This document shows, piece after piece, positions 50,337 to 59,019 of a stretch of DNA of 64,000 nucleotides; within the stretch, counting starts at the first letter, position 1; the number at the start of each line of letters is the position of its first letter. Made by a program: the position numbers and the translations under genes. Source of the stretch: a virus (Duplodnaviria > Caudoviricetes); the IMG/VR virus record IMGVR_UViG_3300031998_000027, positions 52,287 through 116,286 of that record; one strand, given 5' to 3'. Below the pieces are notes generated by a model, which saw only the letters and a list, made by a program, of their open reading frames with translations, did no database searches and had not been told where the DNA came from.

Positions 50337-50388
50337 AATTTGATTTTTCCTCCTATTTCTGTTATAATAATAATAGAAATAGGAGGAA
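50337..50388 (+). promoter_or_regulatory. Promoter inside an 18-bp inverted repeat that includes the RBS
   Basis: TTGATT-17-TATAAT; TTCCTCCTATTTCTGTTA / TAATAGAAATAGGAGGAA. Confidence 0.75.
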
Positions 50389-50395
50389 TTTATAT

Positions 50396-50806
50396 ATGAA
50401 TAATTATGAACTTTATGATAAAATAATCTCTGCAACTTATACAAATCTAGCAATAGAAGCCATAAATAACAAAGGTATCTATTTTAACTATTTCACTACT
50501 AATTCTCCGACTAAAAAGGTTTTTTTAAAAGTCGCTTTTATGGTCGCAAATTTTGAAAATGTTAAAATTTACCTTAATTGTCTCAATCTATCTGACTTCT
50601 TAAAAATTGTCTTTGACAATTATTCTTTATGGGATATACTTAGAGGCAAATGTGTACTTCGTCACAGATTTTTACCCAGTTATTCTGGTACTGATATTGG
50701 CGCGATTGCTGTCTTTGAAGCAAAAGATTTTGGAACTGATATAGGAATTTTTAAAGAAATTTGGGACGAATATTATGAAACTGACAACAAAAGAACCAGA
50801 AAATAA
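50396..50806 (+). CDS. Hypothetical protein
   Basis: AGGAGG SD, own promoter. Confidence 0.6.
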   Translation: MNNYELYDKIISATYTNLAIEAINNKGIYFNYFTTNSPTKKVFLKVAFMVANFENVKIYLNCLNLSDFLKIVFDNYSLWDILRGKCVLRHRFLPSYSGTDIGAIAVFEAKDFGTDIGIFKEIWDEYYETDNKRTRK

Positions 50807-51356
50807 GCCCGTAGAAGGACAGACTTATTTTAATACTAAAGAGCGAAGATTTTATAAATATAAAGAAGGGAAGTGGAGAGAACCAATGGGAATTGAAATC
50901 TACACTGATGGAGCAACCTCATCCAATGGATTAGTCGGTGCATATGGCGGCTGGGCGTATATTGTCCTTGAAAATGGTATGAAAATAGCCTCGGGCGCCG
51001 ACTACGTAAAACCTGCAACAAACAACATCTGTGAACTTCTTGCAATTCTCAATGCTTGTAAGTTCATTGAGCCCAATTTAAAGGAGTTTGATTCTGTCAC
51101 AATCTATTCAGATTCAGCTTATGTTATAAATTGTATCCATCAAAAATGGTATCGCAAATGGCAAGCAAATGGTTGGATTACTTCTCAAAAGAAGTTCGTA
51201 AAAAATAGACCACTTTGGAAAGAACTAATCCCCTTCTTTGAAGACCCGCGCTTCAAATGGGTTAAAGTAAAAGCACACAATGGTAATTTTTGGAATGAAG
51301 AAGTAGATAAAATGGCAGTTAAGGCTAAGGAGAAAAATGAAGGTAATAGTAATTAA
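50775..51356 (+). CDS. rnhA: Ribonuclease HI
   Basis: IYTDG, TNNICEL, YSDSAY, KNRPLW, WVKVKAH, NEEVDKMA. Confidence 0.92.
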   Translation: MKLTTKEPENKPVEGQTYFNTKERRFYKYKEGKWREPMGIEIYTDGATSSNGLVGAYGGWAYIVLENGMKIASGADYVKPATNNICELLAILNACKFIEPNLKEFDSVTIYSDSAYVINCIHQKWYRKWQANGWITSQKKFVKNRPLWKELIPFFEDPRFKWVKVKAHNGNFWNEEVDKMAVKAKEKNEGNSN

Positions 51357-51870
51357 TGGAATGCCACGGTCAGGTAAGTCAACTTTTGTAGAGTTTTGTT
51401 TAGAAGAACTTGGCGCCTGGGGCATGGAAGTTTCAACAGTTGACTTCGTCAAAGAGTTAGCTTCAGAATGCGGCTGGGACGGGTCAAAGACACCCGAAAA
51501 TAGAAAGTTTTTGAGTGACCTCAAAGACCTTTTGACTAATTGGGGAGATGTCCCTTATAAAAAAGTAATGGAAGAAAAAAGAATTTGGGAATTTAGTTTT
51601 GAAAACTATGGAATTTCTTCCAAAGACTGTTTCTTTTTTATTCATTGCAGAGAGCCGCAAGAAATTCAGAAGTTTGTAGACCGAATTGGTGCAGAGACTC
51701 TTCTTATACGGCGCGCAGAAGTCGAAAATGAACTTCAATCAAATCATGCAGATGCAGAAGTCTTTGATTTTACTTATGATACTGAAATTTGGAATGATGG
51801 TAGTTTAAAAGATTTAAAAGATAAGGCGAAGAAATTTTTGAAAGAAAGAGGTTGGAAGAGAAAATGGTAG
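51337..51870 (+). CDS. P-loop deoxynucleoside monophosphate kinase-like protein
   Basis: NGMPRSGKST, GWDG.K...RKFL, HCRE, NHAD, IWNDG. Confidence 0.7.
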   Translation: MKVIVINGMPRSGKSTFVEFCLEELGAWGMEVSTVDFVKELASECGWDGSKTPENRKFLSDLKDLLTNWGDVPYKKVMEEKRIWEFSFENYGISSKDCFFFIHCREPQEIQKFVDRIGAETLLIRRAEVENELQSNHADAEVFDFTYDTEIWNDGSLKDLKDKAKKFLKERGWKRKW

Positions 51871-52049
51871 GAGAAAAAGTGTGTCGGCTTTGTAATAACG
51901 GGGAAAAATATGCTACCTTAGAATATGGAGATACTTTATATATAAGTAGTAGTTGGGATGGTGGAATTTCATTTGATTATATTGAACCAGTAAAATTTTG
52001 TCCTCTCTGTGGCACAAAATTAAAAGTTGAAAGTGAGGAAGAAGAATGA
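51864..52049 (+). CDS. Small Zn-ribbon protein
   Basis: CRLC..FCPLCG. Confidence 0.65.
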   Translation: MVGEKVCRLCNNGEKYATLEYGDTLYISSSWDGGISFDYIEPVKFCPLCGTKLKVESEEEE

Positions 52050-53149
52050 AAGGATTTGTTGATGGGTACGATTGGGTTAACTCTCCTGCGATGCTTTATT
52101 GGAGCTATCCCTCCGGTTATAAGAAAGACTCAAAGGCTGAAATTCGCAATTATATTTTTGGTGGCGATTATTGCGGCGCGCTTAAGGTAGATGGATACTA
52201 TCAGAGAGCGGTAGTTGACGAAGATGGTAATTGCTTTATGATTGCGCGTAATAAGGATGTTAATGGTAATCCTATTAATAAAATTGATTGGGTTCCGCAT
52301 CTTAAGCCCTTTTTTGAATCTCTTCCAAAGGGGACTGTTCTTTTCTGTGAAATCTATCTTCCTGGTAATGAAGGTAGCCGTAAAATTACTTCGCTTCTTG
52401 GATGCCTTAAAGATAAATGTATACAGCGCCAAGAGGCTGACCAAAAACTTCATCTCTATGTTTTTGATGTTGCCGCCTTCAATGGTGAAAATTATATTAA
52501 TCTTGGGATGAAACAGCGAGCGGCCAATCTCGACTTACTTCGTGAGCGTTTTCCTAATCCCTATGTTGAATGGGCGACTTATTATTGGGGAAAAGAGCTT
52601 TGGGAGCATCTTCAGGATTATCTTGCTGCAGGGCGTGAAGGTATGGTTATTTATCGAAATGACTGCCCGATTTACTTCAAGCGCACCCCTGCGCGCATGA
52701 CTATAAAAGTTAAAAAAGAAATTAGCGAAACAATTGATTGTTTCTTTACTGGTCATTATCTTCCTGCAACTGAAAAGTACGAAGGCAAGGAAATTGAAAC
52801 TTGGCCTTATTGGATTAATATAATTACAAAAGAAAAAATTCATGGGCAGAAGTATCTAGATTATTATAATGGCGCGCCGATTGAACCTATTACTAAGCCT
52901 TTCTTTAATGATTGGGCTGGAAGTCTTGAAATTGGACTTATAAAGGATGGAAAAGTTGTACCTATTGGTTATCTGAGTAATTTAACTGAGGAAATTAAAG
53001 CCAACCCAGACCTTTATAAAGGAAAAGTAATAGAGGTTACCTGTATGGAAATAAATGAAGAAACAGGTGGTCTGCGCCATGCAAAGATGTTAGGTTTTAG
53101 GGATGATTTGACAATTAAAGATTGCACTTGGGAGAAGGTATTTCAATGA
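52046..53149 (+). CDS. ATP-dependent DNA ligase
   Basis: KVDG adenylation motif, CEIY, YVFDV, EGMV, KVKK, LRH...FRDD. Confidence 0.88.
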   Translation: MKGFVDGYDWVNSPAMLYWSYPSGYKKDSKAEIRNYIFGGDYCGALKVDGYYQRAVVDEDGNCFMIARNKDVNGNPINKIDWVPHLKPFFESLPKGTVLFCEIYLPGNEGSRKITSLLGCLKDKCIQRQEADQKLHLYVFDVAAFNGENYINLGMKQRAANLDLLRERFPNPYVEWATYYWGKELWEHLQDYLAAGREGMVIYRNDCPIYFKRTPARMTIKVKKEISETIDCFFTGHYLPATEKYEGKEIETWPYWINIITKEKIHGQKYLDYYNGAPIEPITKPFFNDWAGSLEIGLIKDGKVVPIGYLSNLTEEIKANPDLYKGKVIEVTCMEINEETGGLRHAKMLGFRDDLTIKDCTWEKVFQ

Positions 53150-53265
53150 TATTTGAATTAGATTTAGCTTCTTATATAATTGGAGTTCTTACAACTGGAA
53201 TAATTCTTTTAATTGGCTTTTGGATAGATGATAATTTTAGACCAAGGCCGCCTCGTAATCCATGA
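53146..53265 (+). CDS. Small membrane peptide (39 aa; not in ORF track)
   Basis: ATGA-coupled at both ends; MIFELDLASYIIGVLTTGIILLIGFWIDDNFRPRPPRNP. Confidence 0.6.
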   Translation: MIFELDLASYIIGVLTTGIILLIGFWIDDNFRPRPPRNP

Positions 53266-53627
53266 GTAATTATGAGGATAAGATTATACAAATACTGCGC
53301 GCGGCTTCTATAAAGTTTGAGCGCGAGAAGACTTTTGAGGATTTGCGCCAGGGCCGTTATCGTTTTGACTTCTATCTCCCTGGTCATAAGATTTTAATTG
53401 AAGTTGATGGTCAGTTTCATTGGAAGCCAATTCGCGGACGCAAGGAACTACTCGCGCAGCAAGAACGAGACCGGCGCAAGAACTCATACTGTCTCGCGCA
53501 TGACATCCCTTTATATCGTATTCCATATTGGGAAATTGAAAACCTTCATAACTTCAAAGACTTAATTCAAAAAAAATTTCGTGTAACTTCTCGTTATCAC
53601 AATGATTATTTGAATGTTCCAAAATAG
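53262..53627 (+). CDS. Vsr/DUF559-like endonuclease
   Basis: RFDFYL..IEVDGQFH..D..KN.YC..IPLYRI. Confidence 0.75.
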   Translation: MSNYEDKIIQILRAASIKFEREKTFEDLRQGRYRFDFYLPGHKILIEVDGQFHWKPIRGRKELLAQQERDRRKNSYCLAHDIPLYRIPYWEIENLHNFKDLIQKKFRVTSRYHNDYLNVPK

Positions 53628-53681
53628 TGTACCAACTTTCTCTTTTTTCTACTTTTTTAAAGTAGATGGAGGTGAGTTGGA

Positions 53682-54176
53682 TTGTTTGAATTCCTTCAAA
53701 GTCAACCCGTTATAAATTTTATAGGCGGTTTGATTATTTTTCTTTTCTTAGTATGGCAAGTAATTGAAAAAGCTTTTGGTAATATTGGTTGGTTCAAAAA
53801 GCGGAAGGAAGCTCGTGAAATGGCTCGCCTCTTAAGACAAGAAAAAGAAATTACTGATTTAGTTTCAAAAAATATGCTGCCGCCTATTTTAGAAGAGATT
53901 GAAACAATAAATGGTGAGCAAAATAAAAAATTAGATTTATTGGTTAAATCAAGTAATGATACAATGCGACTTGAACTTTTGCGTGTATATTTCCACTATC
54001 GTCCATATAAACAAATTCCACAATGGGCGAAGGAAGCCGCAGTAAAACTTCATGATGATTATGTGGCGCAAGATGGTAATACATTTGTTGCAGACCTTTG
54101 GGATCAAATGTCAAAATGGGAAGTCGTACCAAGTGAAGAAGATATAGTTGGATATAAAGGTAGAGAGGAAATTTGA
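53682..54176 (+). CDS. Single-TM protein, possible holin-like
   Basis: GGAGGTG SD; N-terminal TM, basic stretch, Y..DGNTFV..LW. Confidence 0.45.
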   Translation: MFEFLQSQPVINFIGGLIIFLFLVWQVIEKAFGNIGWFKKRKEAREMARLLRQEKEITDLVSKNMLPPILEEIETINGEQNKKLDLLVKSSNDTMRLELLRVYFHYRPYKQIPQWAKEAAVKLHDDYVAQDGNTFVADLWDQMSKWEVVPSEEDIVGYKGREEI

Positions 54177-54212
54177 TTTCCTCTCTATTTTTTGTTATAA
54201 TATAATTAGAAA
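54169..54212 (+). promoter_or_regulatory. sigmaA-like promoter
   Basis: TTGATT-17-(TG)TTATAAT..TAGAAA. Confidence 0.65.
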
Positions 54213-54234
54213 AAATAATAGGAGTATAATTAGA

Positions 54235-55236
54235 ATGGAAAAATTTATAATTCCCGTCATTCTTTTTCTTCTTTTATTTTTCTTCTTTCTTTTTTTTATA
54301 ATAAGAGAAAAAAAGAAATATAAGCGATTAAAAAATTTACAAGATGAAGATTTAAGAAAACGATTTGAAGCTGAATATCAAAAAGAAATTTTAGAAAAGA
54401 AAGAAGGAATACGAAGTTTAGAGAGAGAAAAGGCAAAAATTCAAAGTGAAATTGAAGAAAAACAATCTTTTAACAATTCTTTGTTTAAGTTGCGCGAAGA
54501 AGAACTAGACCGGCTGATTGAGCAAAAGAAAATTGAAAAAGAAAAAGCGTTAGATGAATGGCTTCGCGCCGAAGACGTACAAAAACGAAACGCATATAAC
54601 CAAACTTTTTTGAATTGGACGCAAGAACTTGAAGTTCAAAAGAATGGTTATCTAAATGACTTTTTAGCACTTCAAGAAGCTTATAAACAACAACTTGCAG
54701 AAATCAAAGGTGAGCTAGATGAATTCCAGGCAAAACGAGAAGCAGTCAATGAGGCTATTTTAAGAGAACGAGAAATAGAAGAAGCAGAAAACTTCTACCG
54801 AATTGATGTGCCGATTGAAGACCAGGAAGACATTGAAGTCCTCAATACAATAGCTCCGCGCCTTCGAAACAAAGAAGCTCTCAATAAACTAATCTATTCT
54901 GTCTTTATACAGCGCCCGATGGATGAAATGATTAAACGAGTCACGGGTGGGCGCGATATTAGCGGAATTTATAAAATTACTTATCTAAAGACTGGCGAAG
55001 CTTATATCGGCAAAACCACTAATATAAAAAAGCGATGGGGAGAACATATAAAGTCAGCACTTGATATAGGTACAATCGCGCATTCTTCTTTCCATACTCG
55101 TCTTAAAAAAGATGGTATATGGAATTATACTTTTGAAATTCTAGAAGAAGTACCAAAAGATAATTTAACAGAACGAGAAAAATTTTATATACAATTATAC
55201 GGGACTGACACCCAGTTAAATATGAAGGTTGGATAA
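54235..55236 (+). CDS. Membrane-anchored coiled-coil GIY-YIG nuclease
   Basis: N-terminal TM, long coiled coil, SGIYKIT..AYIGKT..RW.EH..ERE..N. Confidence 0.75.
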   Translation: MEKFIIPVILFLLLFFFFLFFIIREKKKYKRLKNLQDEDLRKRFEAEYQKEILEKKEGIRSLEREKAKIQSEIEEKQSFNNSLFKLREEELDRLIEQKKIEKEKALDEWLRAEDVQKRNAYNQTFLNWTQELEVQKNGYLNDFLALQEAYKQQLAEIKGELDEFQAKREAVNEAILREREIEEAENFYRIDVPIEDQEDIEVLNTIAPRLRNKEALNKLIYSVFIQRPMDEMIKRVTGGRDISGIYKITYLKTGEAYIGKTTNIKKRWGEHIKSALDIGTIAHSSFHTRLKKDGIWNYTFEILEEVPKDNLTEREKFYIQLYGTDTQLNMKVG

Positions 55237-56307
55237 ATGGAATATATAAGTGATTTACAAAGAGAAATAATAGAAGCAAAAGAAAAAAATATATGTGTTT
55301 TATCTTCTGCAGCAAGCGGAAAAACGACAGTTCTTACAGAACGAGTTAAATACCTGCTTGAGAATGGGGTCGCGCCGGAATCTATAGTCGTATTCACTTT
55401 TACAAATGCGGCCGCAGAAGAAATGAGAAAGAGAATTGGTGGACTTGGCGCACTCTGTTTTATCAATACAGTCCACTCCTATGCCTATTACCTTTTAATG
55501 AAAAATGGAATTGACACAAGCACAGCAATAAATGAGGAAGATTTTGATGAGTTTTTTAACTTAATCCAACAACATCCAGAGGTTATAGAACCCGTTGATT
55601 ATTTATTGCTTGATGAGGCGCAGGATTCAAACCTTCTTCAGTTCCAATTCATTCTAAAAATGATAAAGCCAGCTCATTGTTTTATTGTTGGTGATGCGCG
55701 CCAATCAATTTACAGCTTTAATGGCGGCCGGCCAGATATTTTAATGGCGATAGCTAATGACCCGAATTTTACACTCTATGAGTTAGATGAAAATTATCGC
55801 AATGGGCCGCACATTTTGAACTTCGCGCGCAAAATAATCCGAGGAAACGAACTTGGAGATTATGCCTTATATGACAATTCAATCTGTATGAATCCCGAGC
55901 GCGAAGATGAAGTAAATGAAGTTGAATATTTACCAAGCCGTGTGGTCGCACAAATAAAAGCTGACCCTCGCTATGGACGGTGGTTTGTTTTAACTCGTAC
56001 AAACGGTCAACTTGATAATGTTGTAACCTATTTAACGCGCGCCGGCATCCCATGCGTTACATTTAAGAGAAGCCAAATTACCTCCGAAGAATTCCAAGAA
56101 AAAATGGCAAGTGATAGTGTTAAAGTTCTAACAGTCCATTCTGCCAAAGGACTTGAAGCTGACAATGTAATTGTAATTGGTGTGTCAAAGTGGTCTACAA
56201 AAGCTGAGGAGCGTCGTGTTGCCTATGTTGCAGCAACTCGCGCCCGCGAAAAGCTAATCTGGATGCGGTCGGCGCCGAAGAAGCAGAAGCTTCAGTCTTG
56301 GGAGTAA
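55237..56307 (+). CDS. Minimal UvrD/Rep-like SF1 helicase
   Basis: AASGKT, FTNAAA, LDEAQD, VGDARQSIY, NYR, TVHSAKGLE, YVAATRA. Confidence 0.88.
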   Translation: MEYISDLQREIIEAKEKNICVLSSAASGKTTVLTERVKYLLENGVAPESIVVFTFTNAAAEEMRKRIGGLGALCFINTVHSYAYYLLMKNGIDTSTAINEEDFDEFFNLIQQHPEVIEPVDYLLLDEAQDSNLLQFQFILKMIKPAHCFIVGDARQSIYSFNGGRPDILMAIANDPNFTLYELDENYRNGPHILNFARKIIRGNELGDYALYDNSICMNPEREDEVNEVEYLPSRVVAQIKADPRYGRWFVLTRTNGQLDNVVTYLTRAGIPCVTFKRSQITSEEFQEKMASDSVKVLTVHSAKGLEADNVIVIGVSKWSTKAEERRVAYVAATRAREKLIWMRSAPKKQKLQSWE

Positions 56308-56310
56308 AAG

Positions 56311-56354
56311 AAATTTGCAAAATTTTTATTTTTCTGTTATAATATATATAGAAA
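56311..56354 (+). promoter_or_regulatory. sigmaA-like promoter
   Basis: TTGCAA-17-(TG)TTATAAT..TAGAAA. Confidence 0.65.
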
Positions 56355-56375
56355 ATAAAGAAAGAAGAAATTAAA

Positions 56376-56579
56376 ATGAGAGATGCAAATAGAGTTTTTA
56401 GAGTAACGAATAGGGTCGCCAATGAGTGGTATAACAAGTGTTCTGATTGGCGTTTTATGCAGATGATTTGTAATTTTATGACTTGGCTTGGGTCTGATGG
56501 ATTTTATCTTGAAGACGACAAGTTCGAGGAGAAGTTTAATGAATTTATGGAAGGAGTAGGCCGCGATGGGACTCGATAA
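56376..56579 (+). CDS. Hypothetical protein
   Basis: MRD..R..DWRF.Q..D.FY.ED small phage protein. Confidence 0.6.
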   Translation: MRDANRVFRVTNRVANEWYNKCSDWRFMQMICNFMTWLGSDGFYLEDDKFEEKFNEFMEGVGRDGTR

Positions 56580-57000
56580 TGGTTTTCTGGTTAAAAGTGA
56601 TAAAAGACAGTTTACTAGAGAAGACCTCCCTCATGGTATTGATTATCCTTTTAGCACTGATTATTATCATGCGCCAGAAATTGTCTATTGGCGCAAGAAC
56701 TGGGGTCTTCGCAATGCTGTCATTGAATATCTGAATGATGCAGAGTCTGACAAAGGAGAAAGCAACGCCGATGCCGAAGATGGCTATTATTATGTTGATA
56801 CTCCCGAACAGGTACTTAGAATTGTTGAAATAATTTTTCATTTTCTTGATGAAGATAATTGGGACGAGTATGGTGATTCTATCTGGGAATATGAAGAAGC
56901 TAGACCTGGTCTTCAGAGAGATATTATAAATCTGATACTTATAATTCCTTTCCTGCGAGACCATCCAGATGCATATCTTGAATTTTATGACTCATATTAA
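56566..57000 (+). CDS. Hypothetical protein
   Basis: MGLD..YWRK..FYDSY acidic phage protein. Confidence 0.65.
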   Translation: MGLDNGFLVKSDKRQFTREDLPHGIDYPFSTDYYHAPEIVYWRKNWGLRNAVIEYLNDAESDKGESNADAEDGYYYVDTPEQVLRIVEIIFHFLDEDNWDEYGDSIWEYEEARPGLQRDIINLILIIPFLRDHPDAYLEFYDSY

Positions 57001-57011
57001 GGAGAGTTGAA

Positions 57012-57308
57012 ATGGCGCGAGCAATTACTGAAGAAGAAAAACTTAAAATGAATGAGTTGTACCTTAAAATTGGTACTTATAGTGGAGTTGCTAAAGAAAT
57101 TGGTTGCGCGCCCTCAACTGTCAAAAAGTATATAATTCCTGGTTTTGTTCCTGAGGATAAGGTTGAAAAAAAGATTTTTAAGTGGGAAGATTTACCCGAA
57201 TTTTCAACTGAAGGACTTAGAAATATAGATAACTGGGGCAGTCTTTGTGTACTTAATAAAGAGGAAAAGGAAGAAATCCGCGAACTTTGGAGTGAATTGT
57301 CAATATGA
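57012..57308 (+). CDS. HTH-domain protein
   Basis: TYSGVAKEIGCAPSTVKKY. Confidence 0.7.
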   Translation: MARAITEEEKLKMNELYLKIGTYSGVAKEIGCAPSTVKKYIIPGFVPEDKVEKKIFKWEDLPEFSTEGLRNIDNWGSLCVLNKEEKEEIRELWSELSI

Positions 57309-57670
57309 GAAAAGTTTTTTATATGGATGAGTCAATCAATAACCCTGGCGAATATATGATAAGGGTTAATGTGGATTTGCTTCCTTTTACAACTACGATT
57401 GGAAGCCTTAATGTATTGCCCGCGCGCCTTCTAAACCTGACCTATGCGCAGTACCTTCGTTTTTGTAGAGATATACTCGGCGCGAAAATTCGTGGAAAGA
57501 ATTGCGGCTATCCCGTTGCCTATTTCCATAGAGATGAAGTTCTAAATCAGTTTGTAAAGCTGTTAAATGCGCGCACCGAATTCGTAATTTGGGAAGATGA
57601 ACATCCAGATTATAAAGAGCATCAAAAAGCTCTTGAGGAACTTGAGAGAAAAAAGTTGAAAAATTCTTAA
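57305..57670 (+). CDS. Hypothetical protein
   Basis: ATGA-coupled ORF. Confidence 0.6.
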   Translation: MRKVFYMDESINNPGEYMIRVNVDLLPFTTTIGSLNVLPARLLNLTYAQYLRFCRDILGAKIRGKNCGYPVAYFHRDEVLNQFVKLLNARTEFVIWEDEHPDYKEHQKALEELERKKLKNS

Positions 57671-57696
57671 ATTTTTAGTATAATATATATAGAAAG
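57654..57696 (+). promoter_or_regulatory. Promoter for tRNA array
   Basis: TTGAAA-17-TATAAT..TAGAAAG. Confidence 0.65.
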
Positions 57697-57821
57697 TGAG
57701 AAGATTTCTTTTCAATCCTTTCTTTATCTTCTCTTTATAGGAGGAGTGGTTGCCCTTCTTTACATAAATAGCAACCATTTTTATATGCCGATGTGGTGGA
57801 ATAGGCAGACACAAGGGACTT

Positions 57822-58545
57822 TCAGTAATGACGAGAGCACTAGAGTAGGAAACTCTCTAAGTGAATGCTGGCTAATTCAGCGAAAGACTCTTTGAGTTAA
57901 CGCCGAGCTAAATTTTGGTGAACACTCAAAAAGATATATTGTATGTATACTTTTTTTACTTATAATTAGAAAGGTAAAAGGTAAAAGGAGGATATTATGC
58001 GTACAGATATTTTTGAGAAAAAAGAAGAAATTTTGCGATGGATTAGTGAAAAGCGTTCAAAAGCATTTATGTGCCGTGAATTACATTGTAAACAAGATAC
58101 CTTAAATCGATATTTAGATAAGATGGGAATTGTTTATGAAGGTAACATGAGCGGGAAAGGATACTCTAAGCAAAAAAATGGTATGAATTTAATTGAATAT
58201 CTTAATAATAGTAATGATATTCAATCTAATAAAGTACGAATTAAATTGCTTAATGAGGGCTATAAAGAACATAAGTGCGAAAATTGTGGTTTAACCGTGT
58301 GGATGGGACAACCCATTCCATTAGAGTTGCACCATATAGATGGTAATAGAGATAATAATACATTAGAAAATTTTCAATTGTTATGTCCTAATTGCCACGC
58401 TTTTACTGATTCATATCGTGGAAAGAATTCTGCCAAATAAATGTGTAGAGACTATATACCAGCCACCTAAGGATATTATCTATGGTGAAGACATAGTCCG
58501 GACTACAACGCAGTAATGCGGCCATGGCGACATGGAGTAGTGAAG
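57822..58545 (+). mobile_element. Group I intron (724 nt) in tRNA-Leu anticodon
   Basis: Follows exon U34, ends in G; core elements AATTCAGCGAA, AACGCCGAGCTAAA, GTAGAGACTA, AAGACATAGTCC. Confidence 0.9.
57997..58440 (+). CDS. Intron-encoded HNH homing endonuclease
   Basis: AGGAGG SD; CENCG..LELHHIDGNRDNN..N..LCPNCH; N-terminal HTH-like segment. Confidence 0.88.
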   Translation: MRTDIFEKKEEILRWISEKRSKAFMCRELHCKQDTLNRYLDKMGIVYEGNMSGKGYSKQKNGMNLIEYLNNSNDIQSNKVRIKLLNEGYKEHKCENCGLTVWMGQPIPLELHHIDGNRDNNTLENFQLLCPNCHAFTDSYRGKNSAK

Positions 58546-58658
58546 AAAATCCCTCGTCAGAAATGACATGCGGGTTCGACCCCCGCCATCGGCACCAAAA
58601 TTTATACATAATCGCTGCTCGTTATGTATATCTTATATAGAAGCAGTAAAACCACGAG

Positions 58659-58848
58659 TATGGTGGTCGGCAAGCCCTAAGTCGTTAAAGGCGAGGTTAA
58701 GCTGAATGGGCATTTTCCTGTGAAATTCAGGTATAGTTAATCAACTGCCCAATGGAATAGTAAATATTGTATAATGTTTATGTTGATTAGCCGAAACGCC
58801 ATAAGGCGTGTATTTAAGGATTGGCGTGGGACCTACGACAGTGCCATA
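58659..58848 (+). ncRNA. Candidate structured ncRNA (~190 nt), unassigned
   Basis: Closing TATGGT.GTCG/CGAC..GCCATA; GTTAATCAAC/GTTGATTAGC; ACGCC-ATAA-GGCGT; crossing TGGGCA/TGCCCA. Confidence 0.45.
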
Positions 58849-58869
58849 TATTTTTTTAGGAGACTTAAA

Positions 58870-59010
58870 ATGAAATTTAGTGAAACACCATTTGGGCTTT
58901 TCCGTTATCGTGGAATTGTCTATTCTAAAATATCAGATACTCAAGCAGTTTTAATTACAATGGGGAAAATTGTAGACTTCAATCCAGATGATGAAGTAGA
59001 AGCATTTTAG
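58870..59010 (+). CDS. Small hypothetical protein (46 aa)
   Basis: AGGAG SD before ATG 58870. Confidence 0.55.
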   Translation: MKFSETPFGLFRYRGIVYSKISDTQAVLITMGKIVDFNPDDEVEAF

Positions 59011-59019
59011 GAGGATATT

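Larger units (their letters stand above)
57787..58597 (+). tRNA. tRNA-Leu(UAA), intron-split (exons 57787-57821 and 58546-58597)
   Basis: GCCGATG/CATCGGC acceptor plus ACCA; spliced anticodon arm AGGGA-CTTAAAA-TCCCT; long variable arm; GGTTCGA. Confidence 0.92.

Noticed and set aside
58670-58812. Hammerhead or pistol ribozyme (GAAAC..GT, GCCCTAAG)
   Set aside because: No CUGANGA core, cleavage triplet would be GUG, and the pistol pseudoknot partner is missing
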